DNA of 64,000 nt from Geosiphon pyriformis uo1 (lineage: Eukaryota > Fungi > Glomeromycota). The position numbers and the translations under genes are program-made. The stretch covers positions 126,812-190,811 of the forward strand of contig JAAOMT010000349.1 in NCBI GenBank assembly GCA_016748015.1. The letters are read 5' to 3'. Positions 52,691-64,000 of the stretch are shown in pieces. The notes beneath the pieces are model-generated. The model ran no database searches, had not been told where the DNA came from, and saw only the letters and a list, made by a program, of their open reading frames with translations. The stretch's first letter is position 1, and each line of letters starts with the position of its first letter.

Positions 52691-53525
52691 TATTATAGAT
52701 AATTATTTGGGTATTAAAATAAATAATAAATCTGTAACTTAGTGTTTAATAACTGATTATAATGTTAATTTCTAAAGATTTTTAGATCTAAAAATTTTTG
52801 AATTAAGTTTTTTGTATAATAAACAGAGATTCACTTGGTAGTTATTTTTCTAAGTTTTTTTTTAGTGTAAAAACCAGTTTAATCTAACAGTTATGCTTTT
52901 CTGATAAGCTATTTTTAAGTTTTTATTCTTATTTTATAGGTTTTTTACCAGATTATTCTTGATATTAATATTTTAATGCTTAATCAATTAGTAAACAACA
53001 ATAAAAACAAATAAAAAAATAAAATAAAAAATTGGTATTTTGTTAATAACTATAATTAAAAGCTATTGTTTTAATATAATTAAGTATTAAATTCTATTAA
53101 TATAAATTATTAATAGTATAAAAATAATAAATGTTTTTTAATTAATTAATAAAAACATAGATTTAGATAATAAATAAATATTTTATTAATATGAATATAA
53201 TTTCATTTCAAGATATAGAAAACTATTTTTTAAAGAAAAAATATTTTATAATTACTTATTTCTAAGAATATTTATAGAAATTTGTTTTTTTTACTTTTAA
53301 TATTTTTATTATATATATATAATTTTTATTATAGAAGATTTCATATATTCTTACTCTTTTCTATATTACTTTCTAAAAATGGGTTTATTTTTTAAAGATA
53401 TACACATTTTGAAAAATATGTTATAATTTTCTAAAAATATGCTTATTTATTAAATACTATTTTTTATTAATCTATTCTTACAATCTGTTTTCTTATTTTT
53501 TTTTGTATTTTTTTTATAAATAATA
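52691..53525 (-). repeat. 5' LTR of Gypsy B
   Basis: Direct repeat of 35058-35942; followed by TSD TTGT. Confidence 0.86.
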
Positions 53526-54258
53526 TTGTAAAAACAATTATACATAATTTAAACATATTATTAAAAAAAATAAGGAAAAAACATATATTATTAACAGATT
53601 ATTTGCTATTAATATTAGGTTTTATTATATAACTGTTTATTTTAAGTTTGATAAAAATTTAAATAAAATGTTTTATACAATTTTTGTCTTTGATAATATT
53701 AAATTTTTTGTATTATATTAAATTTGATTTATTATAATAAATATGGTCATCTTACTTATTTACTTTAAAATACAATAAATTTAATTTTGCAGATTTATTT
53801 ATTAGAAAATATGTTAAATATATATTTTTTATAGAAAATTAATTGCATTTTATTTATTTTTATACAAAAAAAAATGTTCTTATTTCTTAATTATTGGTTT
53901 TTAATGACAAGATTTATGCTTAAATTATTAAAAATAATGATTTTAATAATTGTGTAATTTTTCTGTTTAATAGTGTTTTTTTTTGTTTTAATATATAGCT
54001 TAGCTGTTTTTTTATTTTTATTAATAAATACTTGTTTAAATGTTTTTGAGCATTTTTTAAAGCTATTGGCTAATTAAATTTCTGTAATTGCAATTAAGTT
54101 AGAATACAATTATAATAAAACCACTTCTGACTACTTATTTTTTAATATTGTCAATAGTTGTATTTATAAATATTAAAATTGACATTATTATAAATATCTT
54201 CAATTTGTCTTCTTTTTTTATAATAAATATTGTTAATAATTTTCTAATTTAAATATAA

Positions 54259-55099
54259 TATTATCAATAGAAATTTGAGATATTATTTAGTATGAAATTA
54301 TTTTTATAGTTTTTATTATTAATTTGTATATATTATTATTTTAATTTATTATTTAATATTTTATTAAATTACTATTTAATTAATAACCTAATTTATACAA
54401 TAAATGAATTGTAATAATTAGATTACACAATAGTCTAAAATATATAACATTTAAGAATTTGCTAAATTTATAGAAATTTTTAATAATTTACTAAAATACT
54501 AATAGTTTGTAGAAATAATTTGTAATTTGTCAAAAATATAATTTAGCTAGAATTATTATTAAAAATATTTTCTCTTAGTATTTATATAAATCACTTTAAA
54601 ATTATATTAAAAACAACAAATTTATAATTATTTATTTGGAATTTCTCCAAATTTTAATTAATATTTTAAAATTAATTAGCTATTAATTTTAATACTTTAT
54701 TATTAACTTCAAACTTGAACAGAAAACAATTTTTTTAACAAAATTCTTTTTTTTAACATTTTTTTAATTATTATTTATTTTTTATCATTATTATTAGGAT
54801 AGTTTACAAACAATATTTCTGTAGAAGAGTTGACTTTCACAATAAAGTAATTATACATATTTAGTAAACTTCTAAATAAACAATTTTTGGAAAAGAATTA
54901 AATTTTACTGTAAAATAACTATACAAAATAACTGACACAAAATTGGCCATTCTATTTATAAGTCTAACAGTTTAAATTATAGAAAATAATTTGAAAATAA
55001 ATTCAGTTATAAGAAGTTAATAGCTTTTAATAATTGAAAATTATTAGCAAAATTAATATTAATAATATTTAAAAAAGAGACCAAAAATCTTTAGTAACA
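54259..55099 (+). repeat. Solo LTR, Gypsy family A
   Basis: TATTA...GTAACA; homologous to A LTRs; TSD ATAA/ATAG; LINE D ORF1 continues on both sides. Confidence 0.85.
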
Positions 55100-55633
55100 A
55101 TAGCTAGTAGCAAAGTTCTTATTGTTAAAATTAGTAATTTAAAATTAAAAATAACTGTATTAAAAAGTTTTATTAATGCAGTATTATTAGAAATTTTTAT
55201 GATTTTTAATACAAAAATTACAATACATACTATAAAAATTATTATTAAAATTATGTAAAAAAGCTTATATTATTATGTTTAATTGGCAAAATTAATTATC
55301 AAATAAAAAATAAAAAATTAGCAATTAATTTAATAATAATTAAAAAATATAATACAATCTAGTTGTTTAATTAAATTAAATACAAAAAATCTTAACAAAC
55401 TAAAAAACACCAATAAAAATTAAGAATTAATATATGTAATTTGATAATAACAGGCTTTGTTTTGCTTTAAGATTATTATATGTCTTTATTTATGTAATTT
55501 AATATTTCAAATTTGTGATTATTATTTAAAAATAGTTATTAAGAAATATAATTAATTAATCTAAGTCTGATTGTATTAATTATAATTACAATTAATATTA
55601 ATAATATATAATTATAATTCTAAATCTAATTAT

Positions 55634-58600
55634 TGTTATAAGCAAAAATTCGAGTTATCAATTAGCATAAAATTATTTATATAATTTTTATTATTAATTA
55701 ACATATATTATTAGTTTAAATTATTATTTATTATTGTATTAAATTATAAAATAGCACTATAACAAGTTATATAAAAAAAAGCTTTTTTTTAAAAAAAAAA
55801 TTTTTGACCAAATAGTTTCAATTAGAATCAATTTTAAAAAATTAACTTAAATAAAAACTTATCTTGAAAAACCCAAAAACTTTTCATTATTATTGTTTCG
55901 AAATTAATTATTTTTACTAATATTTTAAAATTGACTAACTGCTAATTTCGGTAATTATTAGTAACTTTTAAGCCTAAATCCAAAACAACTTTTTTAATAT
56001 ATTTTTTTTTATTTTTTTTTTAGTTTATTTTTTTTTATTTTTTATTATTATTGAGTAGTCTACAATTAAGATTTTTTATAAAAAAGTTGACTTTTATAAC
56101 AATGTAATTACACATATTTTAAAAAGCTTACAGATAAAATTTTTGGTAAAAAAGTTAACTTTTATTACAAAGTAATTATATAAGTAATTGGCATAAAATT
56201 GATTATTCTATTATAAGCTAACAATATATATAGTCTAAAATATAAAAAGATACTTTGGATTTAAAATAAAAATCAAAATGGTGTAAAGCCCAAATTACTG
56301 CTGTTGTTTTTAATTTGGTGGCAAAATAATTTTTTTTTACTGGTTTTAGTGTTTTATTAACATAAGTAATTATTTGCTTATTATAATAATTTTTAATAAT
56401 AAGAGTTAAGTTAATTTTTAAAAGAAAATATCCAATTATTTCTGTAAATTTGAAACTATTTGAGGTGATTTTTTTTAAAAAATATTGTTATAAATAATTC
56501 CAATTATTAAAATTATAAAAAGTAATTTTAAATTCTTTAATTTTTTTTGGCAAATAAATATTTGAAATTAAAATTTTTTATTCTTTGCAAATTTGTTTAT
56601 TTGATTTAAAAATTTATTAGTTGATAATAGGTGTTAAACAGTTTATGTTTCATAAATTTTCCAAAAAGTAGAATAATAATTGTCCTTGGTAATTTAAGAA
56701 TTTGGTAAAATTAATTTTGTATATTAAAAGCTATATTTACTAAAATTGTTAATTGTTCAGTTAATTCAAAATATTAGGTTTTTTTTGACTTTTTCTTAAT
56801 TTTTAATAGATTGTAAACTTAAAATATTGATTATAGATAAGTAGATAGCTTGTACAATTTTTTTAGCATATTTAATTTTAAATGGGTTTTCAGTTTTATT
56901 TTGTAGTATTACTAAAATATTTTCTATGTATTTAATATCAATAATTTTTTTTAATATTAATAACTTTGCTTGCTAATAATAATTAGAAAGTAATTTGTAT
57001 TATTGCTTTTAATAAAACTTTAAAAGTAAATTTAACTATAAAATCAAAATATTTTTTTGGATATTATAGATCATATTTAGCATTAATTTTATGAGCTTTT
57101 TCTGGTTTAATCTCTTGTTTATTTTGTTAAAATACTTGAATTGTAAAGCAGATTAGTTTTCAATAATATAAATTGAAGTTGTTAAAATTTTCGGTTGTAT
57201 TTTTTGTGTCTTGTATTCAATTTTATCTTGGTTATTTTTCATAAGTAGTAATATACTGAGAATATAGTATTTAGAATATTATTAGTCATTATAAAACATG
57301 ATGTATTTTACAAAATTGAATATTTATTTGTTTTAATTATTAAATTTGAGTTTTTTTGGAAAAATAAACGTAACTTGAAGTTAAATAGTAAGGCTTAACT
57401 TTATTTTTTAGTTAAATCTTGCTAATTTTATAGTATATTTAATATATTTAGCTTTTTTTATTTAGTAAATATTTTCTTGTGGTTTTTTATTAATTAGAAT
57501 CATTTTTAGTTAATAATTATTTTAGCATTATGTAGATAATAATAAAATTTGTTAAAAATATTATTATATATTACTGTAAATAGAATTTTTTTTTATTTTT
57601 TTTTAAAAAAAAAACATATATTAGCAAATTTAATTACAAATTTTTTTTATAACAATATTAATTCAGTTGTATTTTTTAGATAATAATTTTTCATATATGA
57701 AACAAAATATGTTGTTCTATTTTCTATTTTATTTTAGGTTGTCAAATTATTTTTAATAACAAATTTTATAGTAATAGTATATATAAGTTTTGTATTCTTT
57801 TTTAAGTAATATATAAGCTTCATAAATGAAAATTTTGTTATAGTTCTTGTATTTTAGTAAGATATAAGCTAGTTGTTTTTATAATTGTGGCTTTATATAG
57901 AGAACATATTAATTATTGATTTGTTAATCTATTATTATTTATTAATTAGAATTTTTGGCTTATAATAATATTAATAATAATAGTTTAAATAATTGCTGTT
58001 TAGTTTTTTCAGCCTAATTAAATCAAAAATTAAGTATTATATAAGTCTTAGTAATAGGTTTTTTTTCTTTCTTGAATTTAAAAAATAAAGCTTTCTTAAA
58101 TTATTTGTTAAAAGTATTATAAGTAGTAGATATTTAAATATATTGTCTTTAGTAAAAGATTTTTAGTTTTTGGATTTCTCGATTTAAATTTGTATTGGTT
58201 TTGAAAAACTAATTATTTTTAACAAGAGCTTAATATTGGAGTGTATTTATAATTAAAATAGTAATTTTATTAATTGTAAAAAAAAATTATCAATTTTTTC
58301 TATAAAAGTTTTTTTATATTATTAATTATAACAATTATTGTTTGAGCTAGTTGGTTAACATTTTTTTTAATTATTATATTAATTAGTAAATTATAGTACT
58401 TTATTATTTAGAATTAATTAAATTGATTTTTTTTTAATTTTAGTTTTAATATATATAATTGTAATAGCTTTTTGTCTTAAAGCTGTTATATTATTAAGTA
58501 GAAAAGATAATTTATTGGCTTTAAATTCGAATAGAAATATATTTGAAATGCTAATATATTTTGCTATTTTGGTTAATAAAATTGTTGTATTGTTGTTGTA

Positions 58601-61600
58601 AAAAAAGTTTTGTTGTTGTGCTATAACTTTACTTTTTAAAAGTACAATAAAATAAAAATTTTGGTTTTTAGACATTGTAAAATAGCAAGATTGTATATAA
58701 AAGTGTCTAAAAAATCGTTGATTATTGTTGTAAGATACCAGCTAGTTGTTTGAATTAATTCTATTATTGTTTAATTAAAAGTGGTTTTGTGATATAAATT
58801 GGTTAAATTAAACTAATTTTTTTAGTAATAATTAATAATTTTGTATTAAAGATTGATAATACTTTTGTTATAATAGAGCAGATTAATAATAGCTAAATTG
58901 AAGTTTTGGTAAGTAATAAATAGATAATAGTAGATTATAAAATTATTGTTATAATAAAAAATAATATTAATTATTCAGTAGTTGTTAATTTTTTTGTATT
59001 TTTTGGCAATTATATTTTTAGTGTTCTAAAATTTCACAATAATAGCAGTTTAGCTATTGGAATTAATTATTAAAATTAAATAATAATGATAAGAAGTTGT
59101 TTTAATTTTAATATTGTAGTATTTGATACTTTTGGTGTTAATTAGCAAAATAAGTTTTAAGTTTTTTAATAAATTGGTTAATTTTTTTTTTAGCTATTGA
59201 AATGGTTTTTTCAATAGCTAAATTAACAAGTTTTGTGCAGTTTGTTTTTTTATTGCTATTTTATAGTTTTAGTATACAAAATAGCAGTAGTTAAATTTTT
59301 AAGAACATATAGGCAAATTTTTTTGATTAATTTATTTTTTAATTTAGCAATAAATTGATTCAAAATTTGAGTATTTGAATAATATTTATTGTTTTCCACT
59401 GTTTAATTCTTCTGAAAAATTTGTTAAATTTTTTAAGATAGAATATAACAGATTTAATTGGTTTCTGTTTGATGTTTTAAAAGTGATTTTAAAGAGTAAT
59501 TAATGTATTAATGTTAGTAAATTGCTTAAAAAAGCAATTTTGAAGGCTGTTTAGTTAGCAAAAGATATTAAATTTTTAAACTATTTGGCTGTAATGTTTT
59601 ATAAAAAATATAGAATTGTTTTTAACATTCTTGCTGTATTATATTTATTGGCATTGTTTATTTTAGTAATTTTGTTAAGCTATTTTTAAAAATTAGTTTT
59701 AATATTTTTTTGGAAAATTTGGTAATTTTTGCAATATAAATAGTGGTTAGTTTTTTATTTATTTGTTGTTAATAGTGTGTTTTCATTGTTTTTTTTTTTT
59801 TTTAATGAATTCAGAAATATTTTTTTTGTTAATTAAAGTTTTTAAGTAATCATTTTGGTTTTTGGCTAAATAATTAAAAAGATTAATGTTAGTATAGATT
59901 AGTTCTGACTGTTGGATAAAAATTTTGGTAAAATTTTTTAGTCTTGAAAATTGGTTAAAAAATAAATTGAGTATCTGTACTTGAATAAATAAAATTGAAA
60001 AAAGTATAATTAAAAGTAATAATTTAGCAGTTGTTTTTTGTTTAGATGTTTATAAGTGTTTAAATATTGTTTTTGATATGTTAAATGTTGTATAAACTAG
60101 TCTAAAATCTTTTTTCTATTTTTTTTTGCTACTAGTTTTTGGTTTTAATTCAGGTTCAAGAACAAATTATGAATTAATTAACTATTTTTTTTTACAAAAT
60201 TGGGTAATATTATAATTAAGTTCTTAAAAGTAAATAGTACAACCATTAACACTAATAGTTTCTAATTCTATTGTTAAATAGTAAATTAAGTTTTTGAGAA
60301 GATTTTGTTTAACTTCTGTAATATTGTAATTTTTAAAAAGATAGTCATTGATTCGATTTTTAATATATTTAAAAGTGTTTTTTTAACAACTGTGATTTCA
60401 TTTTAAATTTCAAATTATTGTTTGTAGCAAGTAAAAATTAACTAATAATACTCCAGAGTTATTATGTTAAATGCAATTACCACTTTAATATAATTATTAT
60501 TGTATTATTTTTAAGAAAATACCAAATCTTACCAGAGGTTTTTTTACTTTTTTCTTAATATTATTAATATTATTTTGTTGTTAATTCTGCCGCTAATAAA
60601 AGCTGGTAAACTTTTGATAAGCTAATTTTTTTCCAAAAAATTTGATATTATTATTGATAATATTGGTCTTAAATAACTCTAAAACAAAAACTCTAAATTA
60701 CATATTATTACCTAAAAAACCAATTCAAAACTATTAGAAAAACGTAATTTCTATATAATAACATGAAAAAAACGTGATAAAATAAAATAATACAGAATAA
60801 TATGAAATAACTCAGAATAATACAAAATAACACACAATAATACAAAATAATACAAAATAACTACTAATAATATAAGATAACTAGTTATAATGTAAAAAAA
60901 TAAAGCAATAACTGAAATAGTAAGCAATAGCTAGCAATTAAAAACAATCTTATAGAACTAAAAAATATGTATAAAAATAAGTAGTTTTAGTAGATAAAAA
61001 AACAGACAAGAATTAAAATAATATTTTTATTTTATCTTTAATCTTAAAAACTTTTTTTTTATTGTTTATATTTTCAATTTATCAAATAATATATTATTGT
61101 TTAAATTCATAAGTTTATAATTCAATTTTTTTAATTTTTAAGATCTGATTAATTGTTTTGCTTATCTTAGTTTTAGGCCAAATACAATTAATATAAACAT
61201 TATTAAAATCTTAATAATTTGGACCAATTATTCTTAATTATAATGATTAATAGAATATTAATTTTTTTATTTTTCTCTTTTTTTTCTTTATTTTTTTTAT
61301 TTTGTTTATTTTGTTTTGTTTTCTTTTTTTTGTAAAATGGCAATATTGGAAATTAACTGTCTAAAAATAGACTTTATAATAGTTTGGTAAAAGAAAAAAG
61401 TTTCTTTTAGATTTAAATATTAACTTTATTTTGTTAACTTATCAAAAGAGCAAAAAAACAATATAAGACTTTAGTAACTGTATTTGATTAGCTTAGAAAA
61501 AACACAATTACAATAACATAACTAAAAACATATTATTTCTGTACTTTATAACCAAAAAACTTAATAAGTAAAACTTTAAACAGAAAAATTTTCAAAGATT

Positions 61601-62880
61601 AATAATCGATTTTATTATCTAAACCAATTTATTCAAAATCAACTTGTTTTCAATATCAAATCATATTCTATCAAGTTTATCTGTAATAATACCAAACAAA
61701 TTTAATAGACAAAATTTTTTACAAATTACAAATATATTATATATTATAAACCAGAAAGACTATGCACAAATATTAATTATTTTTCTAAAATAAAACAAGA
61801 TTAAAATCTGAAAACTAATTAATCCAACAACAACAACCATTAACAAAATAATAACAATAGATTCTAAAAATTACAACAAACTTAAATAATACTTAAAGAC
61901 ACTTACAATACCAGAAACTTGGTTTTCAAGTAAAAAATATTGGTTACAAATCAAGTAAAACAATACTTTTTATACAACAACAATATTTATTATTAAAATT
62001 ACAAAAACTCAAACAATTTACTCAGACTAATTTAAAAACATAACAAAAAAACAATTTTGTTTAATATGTATTCAAACTCATTATTAGCACATTTTAAAAA
62101 AGCACAACTTAAAAAATACTAAAACATTATTTTTGGTCTTAAATAAAAAAATATTTATTAATATGTTAAATCTTGTAATAGTTATTAAAAAAAAGAAGAA
62201 ATATGCTCTATAAAACTTCTAAATCCAATCAAAATTGGCCAACTTTTTGATCAAATTAGTATTAAATTTTTATCTAATCAGAAAACATATTTTGTAAACA
62301 ATTTAAAATCGAGAGACCTTTATCTTTGTTCTATTATCTATAAACAAATAAATTTGTAAAATATTTTAATAAAATACTTTGTAAATTATTAGCCAAAGTC
62401 TTAATTAATATTAAACAAGAATAAGATATTTTTATTTTATTAGTATTACTAGCATATAAAACACTAAAACAAAATACAACAAAACACATATTATTTAATT
62501 CGATCTATAAAAAAACACAATATTTCTTAGTCAGTTCTGAAGATATTTTTTAAAACTTAAAACTAATAGTTGTGATTAAACAACTTTCAAACTTGTATAT
62601 TTAATATTTTAATTTTATTTATTATATTTAGTAAAAAAAATTCCACAAAATCAAAAACAAAATAAAAACAAAAAACATTAAACTAAAAATAACACAAAAA
62701 TTTTATATATTAAAAATATTTTTTTTCTTTATTTTTTAGTTAATTTATAATAACTATTCTTTAAGACATTTAACAATTATTCTAGAAATTAATGTTAACA
62801 TTAAAATTACTTTCTAATTTATTCATAACAATTATTAAAAGACATATTAATTATACTTAAATAGTATCTATTACAAAGTT
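55634..62880 (+). mobile_element. Gypsy family A copy A3: rearranged (inversion 56254-60637), RT deleted, 3'-truncated in ORF3
   Basis: The plus-strand LTR starts TGTTA at 55634. LTR end, PBS (60511-60526), gag, PR, dUTPase and partial RH lie on the minus strand. RH C-terminus, IN and the ORF3 start resume on plus from 60632. Confidence 0.82.
60706..61688 (+). repeat. Solo LTR of a third related family, inserted in A3 RNase H
   Basis: TATTACC...GTAATA termini (eroded TGTTAC/GTAACA), 983 bp, TSD ATAT/ATAC. The RH frame is restored on removal (KL-HTKQ). 10-bp tandem repeats at 60781-60870. Confidence 0.8.
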
Positions 62881-64000
62881 AAAAACAAATCAAGTTTTGA
62901 AGTAGATATTATAAATAAAAAGATTACTGTTTTTTTAAATAAAAATTTTCCTTTTTATTAAAAGCTTAAGGCTCTTTTATTTAAAGTATATTTATAAAAT
63001 ACTTCTGTTTTTATTTCTATTTAATTCATTTACTAAAATTGAAAAAATAAAAATTCGAATTAAAAATTAGCTTATATTAAAATTTCTTTATTATTGTTAT
63101 ATATTTATAAAAAAAACTTTTTAAGTTTTCATAAATAATAAAAAAATACTATTATTTAGTTAGACTCAAATATTAAAATTTAAAAAAAGTTTAATTTATT
63201 TAAATGTGTAATTTCAATATTTGACAATCAAAACTTTGTTAATAAATAACTATTATTAATAATTATAAAGTACATAAAATCTGACAAAATATTGGTAACT
63301 ATAAAATATAAAATATTCTTAAATTAAATAGTAAAATATATAAAAATATAATAAAAATTTATGTTTTTTAAACAAGTTAAGATATAAAATAATTTAAGAA
63401 TAATAAATTCATTATAAATATAATAAGAGTAAAAAATTTGCAAAAAGTTTAAAAAATATACATATATTTTTAAAAGTAAGCAATGTTAAGAATTTAAATA
63501 TTGAACACAAGTTACAACAAAACATTGTTTATAATAACTAAAAGTAATATAAGTTTTACAATTATACATAATTTTTATATAATTAAACAATAAGCTTTTT
63601 TGTTTAATTATATTTAAAAGATAAAACAGAAAAATTACAAAAATTAGTCAATTGTATACCTAAAAATAGAAATAAATATAAATTGCTAAGAAATATAGTT
63701 ATTTTTTATTTATTAAAACACAGTAAAAATTTTAATAACAATAAAAACAAGAACTAAAAAAAACCAAAAACTGTTTATAAAAAGGTTTTTCAAAATACTT
63801 TTTGGTTTTTATAGAAAAAAATTAAACTAAACTAATAATATTTTTTTATTTTGAATTAAGCAACCAAAAGATTTTTTTTATAAAATAGTAATATTGACAA
63901 ACATTTATGTTATTATGTTAATTTAAAAAAAGTAATAAAAAATTAAATATTATTTAATAATTAAATAAAAATAATTAATTTAGATATAATTTTAAAATAA

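Larger units (their letters stand above)
35058..53525 (-). mobile_element. Ty3/Gypsy family B element, heavily eroded, containing nested A2
   Basis: LTRs 35058-35942 and 52691-53525; TSD TTGT (35054-35057, 53526-53529); PPT remnant 35943-35956. Eroded gag (~52300-52600), protease (~51150-51480), Cys-rich domain (~50400-50950), dUTPase (~39830-40200), RT/RH (~38040-39350), integrase (~36700-38011). Confidence 0.88.
33960..55290 (+). mobile_element. Old LINE D (5'UTR, ORF1, start of ORF2) split by Gypsy B and a solo LTR
   Basis: 34050-35057 is eroded ORF1 (SVKKLFVLNIN...KVNGFGK). The sequence resumes at 53530 (eroded GTTAHDL...KTCIINR) and again at 55104 (SSKVL...). Confidence 0.75.

Noticed and set aside
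34052-58675. Short K/I/N/F-rich ORFs as organellar or host genes
   Set aside because: They are eroded pieces or shadows of LINE ORF1, protease and integrase sequences.
62880-64000. Possible further LINE remnant
   Set aside because: Too eroded to assign by eye; left unannotated.

Overview
The window is entirely eukaryotic (fungal-type) transposon graveyard. I found no intact host gene, tRNA/rRNA or CRISPR array. Two element classes are present. (1) RNase H-bearing non-LTR retrotransposons (LINEs; ORF1 with zinc knuckle, ORF2 = APE endonuclease, RT, RNase H, CCHC): three relatively young near-complete copies (1-4440 minus, running off the window; 7161-23649 minus; ~24845-31607 plus), one 5'-truncated copy and several old AT-eroded remnants. 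(2) Ty3/Gypsy LTR retrotransposons with TGTTAC...GTAACA termini and 4-bp TSDs, from at least two families. Family A: 8274-18005 minus, inserted in a LINE RNase H domain; 40624-50391 plus; 55634-~62880, carrying a 4.4-kb internal inversion. Family B: 35058-53525 minus, inside an old LINE and itself containing the 40624-50391 copy. There are also three solo LTRs. The most notable biology is the Gypsy architecture shared by both families: one gag-PR-(multi-CxxC domain)-dUTPase-RT-RNaseH frame that stops after RNase H, an integrase with its own start after a 29-59 nt non-conserved spacer, and a third ORF of unknown function in the env position that reads through the PPT into the 3' LTR. All copies are inactivated mostly by C->T/G->A transitions in all dinucleotide contexts, with few indels (RIP-like), and erosion deepens in older nested layers. 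From memory the translated peptides resemble repeat-derived hypothetical proteins of the glomeromycete Geosiphon pyriformis; this is unverified. All alignments and counts were done by eye.
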